A DNA stretch of 64,000 nucleotides, taken from positions 124,001-188,000 of the forward strand of contig NW_003314425.1 of assembly GCF_000143415.4 (NCBI RefSeq). Direction: 5' to 3'. The stretch is from Selaginella moellendorffii (taxonomy: Eukaryota; Plantae; Lycopodiophyta). Numbering within the stretch: position 1 is the first letter of the stretch; the number at the start of each line of letters is the position of its first letter. Positions 1-11,569 of this stretch are shown in pieces. Both the position numbers and the translations under genes were made by a program. Under the pieces are notes generated by a model that saw only the letters and a program-made list of their open reading frames with translations, was not told where the DNA came from and did no database searches.

Positions 1-1158
1 TGCTGCCGTGAAGCAGAACTCGTCTGGATTGTCGGTGAGTTTGAGCTCGTCAAGCATCCCTCTGGTTTTGGTTTGCTTCTCGCTGTCTTGGGCAAACATT
101 GCGAGCATTGCATTCCATGCAAACAGGTCTCGCTGTGGTGTCTCTTGGAAGATCTTGTAAGCGGCATCAAGGTTTCCAGTTTGAGCATAACCAACCATGA
201 TTGACGTCCTTCCTACTGGATATTGGAAAGGCAGTGAATCAAAAACCGCCCTCGCCTCTGCAAGATACCCTTCTTGGGCATATGCTGTGATCATGGAAGA
301 CCAAGAAAATGCATCTCTCTGCGGCATATTATCAAACACAAACTTAACCTCCTCCAGTTTCCGAAAAGTCATGCAAACGGCGAGATAAGTGTTCCAAGAC
401 ACTATGTCCGTCTGTGGCATGTCAGAAAAAAATCTGTTGCACTTACAAAAATGCCCTTCTTGGGCATATAGCAAAAGCATTATATTACACGAGGTAATGT
501 CCCACTCCACCATAGTCCTAACAAATCTCTTTGCGTTCTCAACATCATGATTTTGACAATACACAGCGAGAAGACAATTCCAAGCTATCACATCCCACTG
601 GGGCATGGCACTAAATATTCTTTCGGCTTCTTCCAGATACCCACTCCTGGCATTTGCTGCAAGCATAGAGGTCCAGGAGATCAAATTTCTCTGCGGCATC
701 TCATCAAACACTCGCTTTGCCGCGTCGTAACACCCGCTTTGCGAGTACGTGACAAGAATCGATGTCCAGGAAACCAAGTTCCGCTCGGGCATCTCATCGA
801 AAAGCCTCTGAGAACCATCCAGATGCCCATTCGAGGCATACGCCGCCACGATAGCATTCCATGCCACGAGATTCCGCTGGGGCATCGCATCGAAGATGGA
901 TCTGGAGCTCTCGAGCCAACCATTCCTCGCATACGCCGTGATCATGAGAACCCACGAGAAGAGGTTCTTAGCAGGCATCGATTCGAAGACCACCTGCGCG
1001 TCAATCGGGCCACCGGAGCGCCCAAACATCTCGATCACCCGGTTGCGCGCGTAGAGATCGTCGGGCGCCACCACCGATTGGATGCGCGCGTGGATTCTCC
1101 TCGCCTCGGCCAGATCCGCGCACGATTCCACGAGCTCCAGCCATTTGCCGCGCTCCAT
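1..1158 (-). CDS. PLS-class pentatricopeptide repeat protein, 5' part (runs off the window start)
   Basis: Minus strand reads MERGKWLELVESCADLAEARRIHARIQ... from ATG at 1158, followed by repeated 'FDAMPQRNLVAWNAIV'-type PPR motifs. It is absent from the ORF track, consistent with no stop inside the window. Confidence 0.85.
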   Translation of the reverse strand, partial: MERGKWLELVESCADLAEARRIHARIQSVVAPDDLYARNRVIEMFGRSGGPIDAQVVFESMPAKNLFSWVLMITAYARNGWLESSRSIFDAMPQRNLVAWNAIVAAYASNGHLDGSQRLFDEMPERNLVSWTSILVTYSQSGCYDAAKRVFDEMPQRNLISWTSMLAANARSGYLEEAERIFSAMPQWDVIAWNCLLAVYCQNHDVENAKRFVRTMVEWDITSCNIMLLLYAQEGHFCKCNRFFSDMPQTDIVSWNTYLAVCMTFRKLEEVKFVFDNMPQRDAFSWSSMITAYAQEGYLAEARAVFDSLPFQYPVGRTSIMVGYAQTGNLDAAYKIFQETPQRDLFAWNAMLAMFAQDSEKQTKTRGMLDELKLTDNPDEFCFTAA

Positions 1159-1371
1159 GCATTTTCCAAAAAACCCTAAAATCAGTTAGCGATCCATAAA
1201 AAGCCCTAAAATTCAAAAAAGTAGAATATCTGTGGCTTGCTATAAAATGAGAGCTCACGCACAATTAGTGGAGAACTTGGAGGGATTGTTTAGAAATATT
1301 TAAGCGAGAGGCCATGGAGCCGCTAAAGCGATCCGTGGATCATGGAATGGTGTTGCTAGAGGCTTGGCAGC

Positions 1372-4300
1372 ATGAACAAATGGAACCTCGCCATTCTCTA
1401 CTTTTTCATCGTCGCGATCGTCTCGTCCAATGGGTAAGAGTTAAGCTTTCTCGATAGAAAGCGTTAGTTCTTGGCTGTTTGATCCGTTCGCTATCCAAAC
1501 TTTCCAAGAGTTCCAGCAGCGGTTTTAATTCTTTGTTTCTTTCTTGGATCTTATTTTGTGAGCGAAAGAGCTTTCACGTGGAAAGTTTTGTGGGGTTTTT
1601 GTATTGGGAATTTTTAGATTAGAGGTAGGTTGTTATCGCGATGCGCCAAGAAACGGCAATGCGGGCACATCCATGGAAGGACGGGGTGAATGTGATCTTT
1701 GCTGCGCTATCGCGATCATCGGTAGGTTTCTTTGCGGCCAGCGAGCGATGGAGCTTATAGCGAGCGATCTTGGCTTCTCTTCCAAGACAAGCTTTGCGTT
1801 TCCAGCCTCTTATAAAAGCCCAAAGAGTGATTGAGGAAGAAGAAGAGAGAGCTTTCGCTTTGAGTAAAAGCGCGCCAAGCTTATTTCTTCCAGAGCTCGT
1901 TGGTGGTTTTGGTTTCCCGAGATGGATTTTCTCGCTATGCTTTTTAGATGCTCGTTTTGACCATCTTTCTTTCTTTCTTCCCAGAGGATTCGGTTCCAGG
2001 AAAATGTTCTCCAGTCGTGTACAAGGAGGAGGATCGCGAGGCTCCGATGTTCGTCTCGTCGACAAAGGCAAATACGTGAGAGCTCGAGAAAGTGTTTCGT
2101 GCCAAGGCTATCTTACTACGTATCGTCTTTTGTTGCAGATTGTCCTGGACAATGGAATTGTTCGCATCACACTGACGAGTCCCGGGGGGTTGATCACGTC
2201 TATTTCTTACGGAGGCATCGACAATCTGCTAGAAGTTGCCAATGCTGAAACAAATCGAGGGTGAGGTTGCCAACTTAAAAGCTAAAGATCTCTCCCATTG
2301 ATGCCAGTGTTTTTCTTTAGTTACTGGGATCTGAATTGGAACGTCCCCGGAGGAAAGGACACCTTTGATGTGTAAGAACATCGGCCACCTCGGTGGAACT
2401 TTTGATATCTAACGCTTAAAACACAGGCACCACGCTACGAGCTTTCGTGTTATTTCTAGCGATGGCAACAAAATCGAGGTCTCTTTTCTTCGTCCATATG
2501 TCTCCGACCGAAGTATGGTTCCTCTTCAAATCGACAAGAGGTATGAAATTTTATACATACTTCCATACTTCAAAAGGTGGACATGAACTCGTTTAATCTG
2601 TGCAGGTTCGTGCTTCTTCGGGGTAACACGGGATTTTATAGCTATGCCATTTTTGAGAGGCCCGAAGGCTGGCCCGATTTCAACATGAACCAATGCCGTA
2701 TCACGTTTAAGCCACGGAGTGACAGGTTCACAAGAGCAACTTTTAAGAAGCCTCACAGTTTTTTTCCTTCCTCTCGCGGTTTTGCAGATTCGAATATATG
2801 GCTGTTTCCGACACTGTGTTCCGACAAATGCCGACATCTAGTGACCGATCACCTGAACGTAGCAAAGCACTCGCCTATCCTGAAGCTGTGATCCTGGAAG
2901 ACCCGCATAATTCGGCGCTCAAGGGAGAGGTTTGTAACTATGGTGCTCTGCTTTTCAGAAGCTAAGACTGATTTGCTTACCTTCGCAGGTGGATGACAAG
3001 TACCAGTACTCTGCTGAAAACAAGGACAATGTGGTGCATGGCTGGGTTTCTACGAATCCACTCGTTGGTTTTTGGATCATCACAGCCAGTGACGAGTTTC
3101 GAAATGGTGGCCCGCTGAAGCAAAACTTGCGCTCGCATGCAGGACCCACTGCTCTTTCTGTAAGTGAGCTCTTTCTCGATCCTACCAGAAAGTTTTTTCT
3201 TCTCACTGACGAGTGTTTGCCTGCTAGATGTTTCACAGCGCTCACTACGCAGGGGAAGCATTGTGTCCTTCTTTTCGAGATGGAGAGCCTTGGCTGAAAG
3301 TATTTGGACCAGTTTTCATCTACTTGAATTCAGCTCAAGCGAACTTGGACCCTCGTTATCTGTGGGACGATGCAAAGCAGCAGGTATCAAACGTAAGAAT
3401 TTTTTTCTAAATTTTTATTCATTTTCTTTTGTTTCAGATGCTTGTGGAGGCTCATTCCTGGCCATATAGCTGGCCTGCCTCACCAGATTACGTGAAGGAT
3501 GATGAGCGTGGCTCTGTTTCTGGACGACTGCTAGTTTATGACAAGTATTGCCTTTTATACATGGTGTGTCTTTCTTCACAGGCTCTCTTTACTTACACTG
3601 CAGATACGCGGACCCTCAAGTTCCTGCGTCGCTTGCGTGGATTGGTCTCGCAAAACCGGGGAATGCTGGATCATGGCAAACCGAAAGCAAGGTATTTAGC
3701 AGTAGCTTTGCTCTCTAAGACTTTAATATTCGTTGGAATGCACAGGGGTATCAATTCTGGGCCGAAGCAGATGCCAGTGGCAGTTTTATGATCCATAATG
3801 TTATTCCCGGGACATACAACCTCTTTGGCTACGTTCCTGGTGTTCTGGGAGATTACAAAATGGAAGCCGACGTTACAGTGCACGAAGGTAAAAAGATATT
3901 GTGTTGTTTCTTGTAACAGGCAGGAATAATGAATCTCGCAGGTTCTTCCTTGGAGCTCGGAGAACTTGTCTTCAATCCTCCAAGGAACGGTCCTACAATT
4001 TGGGAGATTGGAGTTCCTGATCGATCGGCTGTTGAGTTTTACATACCGGATCCTGATCCAGGCTTCGTCAACAGAGCTTTTGTGAACAGCACAGCTGACA
4101 GGCATGCGTTTCTACGCAATTCTTTTATATAATTTGTTGTTTTGCTCTACACACAGGTTTAGACAGTATGGATTGTGGGAAAGATACTTCGAGCTTTACC
4201 CGGAGACCGAGGTTGTATACACTGTTGGCGAGAGCAAATGGCAAACCGACTGGTTTTTCTTACAGGGATGCTGGTAAATTTTCATTTCTATGGACATGTT

Positions 4301-4759
4301 CTTTCGCACCAAAGGTTTTTCTTTTTGTGTTTCCATCCAGGAAGTCGAAAGATGGAAACTTGAAAGCATCAACTTGGAAGATCAAGTTCCAACTTGACAA
4401 GGTCGCTCTAGTGGGAACCTACACGCTACAACTAGCAATAGCAGCCGCAACCAACGCTGCTCTTCAGGTTCTTCACGAGTATATTGACTTCCTTTTTATG
4501 AAACACAGTGGAGGTGTCGCAGGTTCGGGTGAACGATCCAACGCTTTACACTCCACATTTTGACACACTCCAGTTTGGCAAGGACAATGCCATAGCTCGC
4601 CATGGGATCCACGGCTTGTACGCGATGTGGAGCATCGATGTCGAGTCGAAGCTCCTCAAGGAGGGAGAGAATATCATCTACCTCACACAGAGAAAATACG
4701 CCAGCGTATTTAACGGGGTTATGTACGACTATTTGCGTCTTGAAGCCCCTCCGCTGTGA
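1372..4759 (+). CDS. Rhamnogalacturonan lyase (PL4) family protein, multi-exon
   Basis: Exon peptides IVLDNGIVRITLTSPGG, YWDLNW, FYSYAIFERPEGWP, VDDKYQYS, GGPLKQNL, HSAHYAG, PPRNGPTIWEIG, GKDNAIARHGIHG, YDYLRLEAP. The signal-peptide first exon (MNKWNLAILYFFIVAIVSSN, 1372-~1433) is inferred. Confidence 0.9.
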
Positions 4760-4775
4760 AAGACATAACATGATA

Positions 4776-4894
4776 AATGGCTTACAAATTCACTCAAAAT
4801 AATTCAGTGGTATATAATATTTTCTCAAATAAGCAAATGGTTTACAAATTCACTCAAAATAATTCAGTGGTATATAATATTTTCTCAAATAAGC
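4776..4894. repeat. Two tandem copies of a ~60-bp unit in the 3' flank of the lyase
   Basis: aaatgg(c/t)ttacaaattcactcaaaataattcagtggtatataatattttctcaaataagc occurs twice head-to-tail. Confidence 0.9.
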
Positions 4895-5081
4895 ATAAAA
4901 CAATTTCTGGCCAGCTGTTGTAACCATTAATTTGATATCTAATGTATTTGATGGAGCTCGGTTAACAATGCAAGAGTCCTTGGTTCATGGCTCACCACCT
5001 TAAATGAGTGTGGCGAACGAAGCACAGAAGAGACAGTCATGGCCTAAGCTTTCAAATAGGAAAATTTAGGGCTGGAGAGGG

Positions 5082-6163
5082 ATGGAGGACTTGGAGCTCT
5101 TGGAGCCGGTGTTTGGCGTCGCCAGTGGCAAGGTAGAGGGTCGGGAATCCTCCGCCTTCCTCCCTCTCGCCTTTCGGCTGCGCGCGCGGGACGCTCGCAC
5201 TCTCGACTTCGTCGTCTCGGATTTCCACGACAATACCTGGGAGGCCACTCGAAGCATCCAGCAGCTGGAAGACCTGGTAAGCATTTCTCACGGAACTTCT
5301 ACAGTCTCCTGGTGTTGTAGCGAGACGAGGTTGGGATCGGTGGAGCGTGGAGTGAATTCGTGAGCTACATCGGTGCCGCGTTCTCGTCCGGAAATGTGAC
5401 TCTGGTTTTGGGAGGTCCCGCGTCCGCGCTTGCTGGTCGTGGTAACGTTCTTGGCCGAGAGTTTGTCCTCTCGTTACCTTTTTCTTCGTTTTCCAGGGGC
5501 GACTTCTGGGAGAATCGTGGCTTTGAAAGCTAAAGGAATGCCTCGTGTCTCAATTGGACTCGTGAGAGCCACCGATGCCAGCGATCGCATGGCGGATGTT
5601 GCCGTCGACGCTTGCAGCAGCTGGCGGAGCTTGCTCAAATCTCTAGCAAATGGTAAAGCTCTTTTTTTCTTTTTTGTCTTGCTTCGTGAATTGCGTGTCT
5701 ATCATCGTCCAGTGGAAGCTTACTGTGTGTTTTGTTCTCTAAGAGAAGGCCGAGGCTGCAAGGTGCCGGATGGAACTAGAGGCTGAAAAGGTAGACAGTG
5801 TTATCATCTCGCCGGATGATCTCTCGCACGATCTTTCGCAGCTGAAAACGTCGATGCTGGAGGAGAAGCTTGATGAGATGAACCCCGGCGGAAAGAAGAA
5901 AAAGGCTAACTCCAAGGAACTCGCCATGGCCTCGCAGTCTAGCTCTGGAACAAATCAAGCTAGTAAGTGTGTGCTTTTTACTCCTTTAAAACTCTTTTCT
6001 TTGTTTCTTGTTTAGCTGGAGGCGAGGTAGAACGCACTAAAGCCAAGACAAAACGCAAGGTTGCACCCATATCTTCCAGGTACGCTCTCGCCCATTCTCA
6101 ATCTATACTCACGTCTGTTCCAGATCAAAACGGAAAGGAGCAAAGCTAGAAGACGATGACTGA
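5082..6163 (+). CDS. PAXX: Plant PAXX/XLF-like NHEJ factor (At5g64010-like), multi-exon
   Basis: LEPVFG...VSDFHDNTWEATRSIQQLEDL / RDEVGIGGAWSEFVSY / KAKGMPRVSIGL match this conserved plant family as recalled. The spliced C-terminus ISSRSKRKGAKLEDDD* ends at 6163. Confidence 0.65.
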
Positions 6164-6628
6164 CCGTTATCCTCAACTTGTAAGTATGTTTCTCCACATT
6201 TTCTATCGGAATATTTCTCTTCAGCGATTCTAGCAAGGGAAAGCGCTCGATCTAGAAGCCAGCAAAAAAGGTCAAAAAATTGAAGTTTCCACCCTCGAGT
6301 TGTAAGAAAGTCATCGGGCCTTTCAGAGAAGACAACTTGTTTGAGACTTTGGGTGGCCCGTCACGGGAGAAGTTCAAGCAGATGGAGAAGACCAGCCCGC
6401 TACGAAGAAGATTGAGCATGAATCTTCATGTAGCGGACGGGGTTAGAGCAGAGCATGCTACCAAGATTGGTCCTGATCAAACCTGGCAGACCTGGACTGT
6501 TTCCGGCAGGATCTGCAAGGAGGACTTGAATCTCAGTACTGATTGCTTCAAAGCTGTTTGCCTCTTGTCATCTCCAGATGACAACTTACGAACAAAGAGT
6601 GACAACCAAAACATGTGGTGGAAAGATT

Positions 6629-8992
6629 TCAAAGGAGAAAGTTTGGAGGCTTTGAGACGCTCACTCGCCCCTCGAGCATCCGGATTACCATTTCCATAGA
6701 CGGACGCTGCGCTGAATCCTCTTGGATGCACCACATTGCCGTGTAGATGACGAGCTCCACTTGCTCCCACAGGGCCACCATCCCGCTCTGGAGCTCTCCG
6801 TGAAGGCTTGAGTCGGCAATCTCCATGATCTGGCCCCGGCAGATGCGAGAGCTCGCCCAGTTCGGGAAGTACTGCGTGCTCGTCTCGGCCCTCGAGTTCC
6901 CCAGGCACCTCTGCCCGCTCACAATCTCGAGCAGCACGATCCCAAAGCTGTAGACGTCGACTCGCTCGGTGATGGTGGACTGGAGCCACTCCGGAGCCAG
7001 GTAGCCTCGAGTTCCTCGCATCATCGTGAAGACCTCTGACTCATTGCGCTTCATGAGCTTGGACATGCCAAAGTCGCAGAGCTTGGCATCAAAGTTGCTG
7101 TCGAGCAAGACGTTCTGGGGCTTCACGTCCAGATGGAGGATCCGCTCGCTGCAGTCGTCATGCAGGTACTTGAGCCCTCTTGCAATTCCCAGAGCGATCC
7201 GGAGCCTTGTCTTCCAGTCGAGCGCTTCGCCAGCTTTCTCGTGATCACCATCGCTTGGGAAGTCACGAAGAAAGAGCCATTTGTCTAAAGAACGTCGAGG
7301 CATGTACTCGTACACCAGGAGCCTGTGGTGTTTCTCAGCACAGAATCCCCGGAGCCGGACCAGATTGAAGTGGTGGATACTGCTAATGACGTTCACTTCC
7401 GTCTTGAATTCCTTCTGTCCCTGACTCGAGCTCTCGAGGCGCTTCACTGCGACTTGGGAGCCATCGTTGAGCGTTGCAAGGAAAACCGACCCGAATCCAC
7501 CTTGCCCGAGTTTCTTGCCAAAGTTGTTCGTGGCATGCTCCAGCTGCTTGTACGAAAAACGTTTGAGTTGGCCGGTTTCCAGCTCTTGAAGCTCCATCGA
7601 AGCTCGAGACTTGCTTTTCTGGTTGTAAATGTAGAGGGAAACGAGGACGATGGCAATCAAGGCAGCTCCAACCGGCACTAAAATGCTGAGTAGAACCTTG
7701 GAGAGTTTCGATTTTTCAGAGTCCTCCACTTTCAGGAACAACTTCAACGACACAGTTCGGTTGCTTGCTATTGATGCTTCTCTGAAACCCGATGCATGGT
7801 CGAGTATTAAACAGTCCCCTCCTTGAAAAGCATAGAGTGCAAATTTGCAGGTGCACTCCATAGCACAGCTTTGTAAGCAGATGTCTCGCGAGACATTCGA
7901 TCGTACTGTTGTCGCCAAGCTAACCGGAACTGCTATGTCTTGCCTTGCATCGACAAGACGGGTACTCCTATTCGTGTTGTTGGCATCACAAGTAAATGGA
8001 GAGCGAAGTTCGCATGTCTGAGCATTCACTCTCCTAAGTTCTTCTGCAAGATTCAAACACTGGCAGTTCCCACCTCTAGTACAGAACGCGTAATCCCCAC
8101 AAGTGCTGGGAAGCTCGCACTCTTCCTCGCTGAGAAGTGACCGAGTTGCAGTCCACTGGTTGCCAAGGAGCTCATATAACCTCAAGTTTCCATCCGAGTC
8201 GAGCCTGAGATACCGCAAAGACTGCTCCTGGCGTGTTGGGAATGGAATCCTGATGACTTCGTCGCTAAGAGTGCCATTCCTTGCGAAGCTCTCGTCTGAC
8301 TCCCTCGTGACAAACAGGAGAATGCTCCCTCCTGTGTAGATCATGTAAGGTATGAACGAGCCAAGAGTCGAGGCATTCCTCGACCAGTATGTAATAGATC
8401 TGACACTGTTGTGTGTCATCTTTAGCTCCTCCCTGGTCAGCTCTAGCGAGTAATCGTCACCCAAAGAGCTCATCCTCCATCCTGCTCTTAAAGCCTGTCC
8501 CTCGACGAGAGTATCCCCCGGAGATGCAAAACTCTGCCAGAGAGTGGAAGAGCTATTTGACTGAAGCACCAAGTTGCCCGATGCTTGGAGCTCCATCGCC
8601 TGGACCTGTAAGTTTGGTGGTGTGTTCCACACAATTCTTCCTGTTTCGTCCAGGATCATGAGCACCCCATCTCCATTAAGTGTCAGCGTGCTGTTCTCTC
8701 CAACCGGATTGTTTCCATTGGCTGACCACACTACCTGTGCCGAGCTCTCGCGAAAAATTACCACTCCAAACACGAAGGAGCTCGAGTTCCCATAGAAACC
8801 ACACCCAAAGTTCCCTCGAACCAAGATGAGCATGTAGCTTACAGTTGAGCCGCTCTGATTCAAGTAGACGAAGCTACCATTTCCAGGTTGATTGATCCAA
8901 ACACTACCCAAGCTAGCATTGTACCTCGTGATCTGGGCGGTAGCCAACAGCGTCAAGAACCCTATGGCGCATAACAGCCTCTCTACCATCAT
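6629..8992 (-). CDS. G-type (bulb) lectin S-domain receptor-like Ser/Thr kinase (SD2-like), intronless
   Basis: Signal peptide, B-lectin (VVWSAN...LQASGNLVL...LWQSF), EGF/PAN cysteines, TM helix, and kinase motifs GQGGFG, VAVK, HLDVKPQN, DFG, GYLAPE. ATG at 8992 is in frame with the 9064 ORF. Confidence 0.95.
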   Translation of the reverse strand: MMVERLLCAIGFLTLLATAQITRYNASLGSVWINQPGNGSFVYLNQSGSTVSYMLILVRGNFGCGFYGNSSSFVFGVVIFRESSAQVVWSANGNNPVGENSTLTLNGDGVLMILDETGRIVWNTPPNLQVQAMELQASGNLVLQSNSSSTLWQSFASPGDTLVEGQALRAGWRMSSLGDDYSLELTREELKMTHNSVRSITYWSRNASTLGSFIPYMIYTGGSILLFVTRESDESFARNGTLSDEVIRIPFPTRQEQSLRYLRLDSDGNLRLYELLGNQWTATRSLLSEEECELPSTCGDYAFCTRGGNCQCLNLAEELRRVNAQTCELRSPFTCDANNTNRSTRLVDARQDIAVPVSLATTVRSNVSRDICLQSCAMECTCKFALYAFQGGDCLILDHASGFREASIASNRTVSLKLFLKVEDSEKSKLSKVLLSILVPVGAALIAIVLVSLYIYNQKSKSRASMELQELETGQLKRFSYKQLEHATNNFGKKLGQGGFGSVFLATLNDGSQVAVKRLESSSQGQKEFKTEVNVISSIHHFNLVRLRGFCAEKHHRLLVYEYMPRRSLDKWLFLRDFPSDGDHEKAGEALDWKTRLRIALGIARGLKYLHDDCSERILHLDVKPQNVLLDSNFDAKLCDFGMSKLMKRNESEVFTMMRGTRGYLAPEWLQSTITERVDVYSFGIVLLEIVSGQRCLGNSRAETSTQYFPNWASSRICRGQIMEIADSSLHGELQSGMVALWEQVELVIYTAMWCIQEDSAQRPSMEMVIRMLEGRVSVSKPPNFLL

Positions 8993-9286
8993 CGTGGCAC
9001 AAATGCCGTGAATAAGCTTCCCACTCAGCAATTTGACTGCCACAACTTTTTTAAGTTTGAACAAACTACTTACTAAGGAGGATGATGCTTTGAAGTTTCA
9101 TGTTTATGCGGTATAGCTTGTACAGTCCCTAGGGATCGCACGCCCATACATCCCCGTGACAAAGCAAGGTGGCGATGATAAGAGTGACCTGCAACCAAGA
9201 GAGAGATATGATTGGTATTTCCATACTCATTCATCCTTGATCGTAAAGTCTAGCCCATGCATACGAAAATCTAAAAAGGTTTAGGG

Positions 9287-11486
9287 ATGGAGGAGGAGGA
9301 GATTTGGATTGCTCACTGCGGCCTGTTGAGGAGCGTCCGGGTGGGGCAAGACGGCCTCCTCCACACCGAGGATGTGTGTGCTGCCTTCGATCTGGACGCT
9401 GAGGCGATGCTCACGATATGCGGGCAGAATGCGTCGAGCTCGTGGGGATCTCTGTGTCTCGACATCCTCCGGTATAAGGGCGCCTCTCGGGGCCAGACCG
9501 GATCCTCTGAGAAGCCGTTTGCGCTAGTCGCCAACGTTCTCGTGTGGCTGCGATACGGGGGTGAGACAACGCCGGTCGAAGTGGATAAAGTTTTCACTCT
9601 TGACGAGCTCTGTCGCCGATTCGACCTGGATCCTCTAATGCACGAAGTCTTCCTCTGCGGTATTCCCATCTCATCGCCGCCAGCGCAACTCTACACTGTT
9701 CCTCTCATCAAAAGCCACGGCCAACCTTTCGAAGATGGCTCGAGAGAGAGACCCTTCACGATTTCGGATAGATCCAGATTCAGATTCAGTAGGAGGGGTG
9801 AGTGAGCCTGTCGAGATTTTCATCCATCCACCATTTACAGGTTCTTCGTTTTCGTGATTCGCAGGGGTGCTTGTGGACACAAGCACCGAGGAGATTGGAA
9901 GTATTTTTCAGGCTTGTGACGCGTTCAACGTTTCTAGCTCGAACACTTGGGAGGGGATTCGTGACTTCTTGCTTGACATCGGCAGTCTTTTGGGAAAGGT
10001 TCCTTGCTGCTGCGCTCCACCAACAAAAGAGTTCTTTTACAGCCCAAGCAGCTTCGCAGTTTCCATCGCAAGCACCATTCAGATGTTGAAGCCAGACGGG
10101 CAAGATGACTTGGTTGTGTTCGCTGATACACTGCCGTTTTACCAGATACTTCGGAGGCTTACAGAGAGTGCCCCAGGAGACAAAAGACTGCGTTCTACCA
10201 TGTCAGCTGACAGAAACAAGGTTTTTCCCCCATGTATTCCTAGTTTTGCGAAGCAAAGGAGGGCTTGTTATCGGGTGGAGGTGGACGGGACGCCTTGTTT
10301 CTTGGGCAAGCTAAAAGATTCGAGTTGGGACATCATTGTTGCACCCTTCGACTTGTCAGCGATCGAGCTTCCACCGGCTTTCATCTATGGCGACGTGAGA
10401 TTTGTAGTCTGCATTGCAAGGGCTGGAAATGAGCTGCGTTTTTACATCAGAGACACCTCCGGTCAGGTACAGTTCCTCAAAACTTTGAACTGCCACTAAA
10501 AGTCTTTCCTTTTTGCTTGTAGGATGCTGCTCGGCACCTGGCGGGGCCGTATGATATGTCCAGAGCTGAAGATCGCGCCAAGGTGATTCTTGTGCACATA
10601 AAGCTCTACTTTCTGCTGCTCGGCACACAAGGTTCCTTAAGAACTGAAAGGAGGTACTTTGCAACGAAGTGCATCATTGATGGCTTCATGAGTTTTTTTT
10701 TCAGGACGCAATTGTTCCATACAACCGTGTTAAAGAACCAGTCCAAGGTTGTTTTGTTCAGAGATAGCTGCCGCAAGAAAATACGTGATTGGGAAACCTA
10801 CGCTGCTCAGATGGAAGTAAACTTTGTGGATGTCAAGAGAGCATATTGCACCACCAGATTTCGGTGTCCGCACTTGGTGTCGGCGTGTGGTAGCCCGACC
10901 TTGCGAGAGGATGGTGTATACGAAGTTCTTCTCTCTCCTATCGGTGGCAGAGTCATGATCAGCACGGAACAGGAGCTGAAGTGGCTCGGCCGAGACGTTT
11001 TGTCAGCGCTGGATGCTCTCCACTCTCAAGGTTTTGTCATCCGTTTCTCTCTCTCTAACTTGTTTTTCTTCTGTATATCTTCCAGGACTCGTCCACAGGG
11101 ATGTGCGCCTCGAGAATGTCATTTGCGTCGACTATAGCCACGATGGAAACTTTGTGCTGATCGATCTGGAAGGTGTCAAAGAAGCGGACTCTGAGGTGGG
11201 GGATGCTTTCAGGCTGGTGGACTGGACGAGGGAAACGCTGGTGTGGAGGAGTTCCTCCTCAGAAGCCAAGAGGAAAAGGCCCACCGGGGTGTATGCCAAG
11301 ACATCAGATTTGTATCAACTGGGAGTTATGCTCAAGGGTCTGGTGGAGACCAAAAGGATCAGCTTGAGCGCAAGCGGTGCCAGTTTTATTGCTGATCTCA
11401 AGAGCCATACCAAGGAGGCCAAAAGCTTGCATGAACATCCATGGTTTTCGGACTTAGGCACGAGGAAAGAATCACTTTTTATTTAA
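9287..11486 (+). CDS. Crinkler (CRN)-like protein: duplicated N-terminal module, degenerate restriction-endonuclease-like domain and atypical kinase domain; about 5 exons
   Basis: ORFs 9287, 9867, 10556 and 11013 can be joined through GT-AG introns. Kinase motifs LVHRDVRLENV, VLIDLE, SDLYQLG; CRN-like middle segments YGDVRFVVCIARAG and YDMSRAEDRAKVIL. Confidence 0.65.
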
Positions 11487-11569
11487 CTGCTGCATTATGT
11501 TATAGCTGTCATCTTGAAATTGCAAACCAAGATTTTGTGTTGACCTTCTCTAATTCTGGTGGAGGAGTG

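Noticed and set aside
547-1179. Long antisense ORFs over PPR genes (also 19937-21100 and 47673-48467)
   Set aside because: Shadow frames of the PPR coding strands.
6280-6699. 139-aa + strand ORF overlapping the receptor kinase 3' end
   Set aside because: Non-ATG start, no recognisable motif, and the PAXX-like gene already terminates at 6163.
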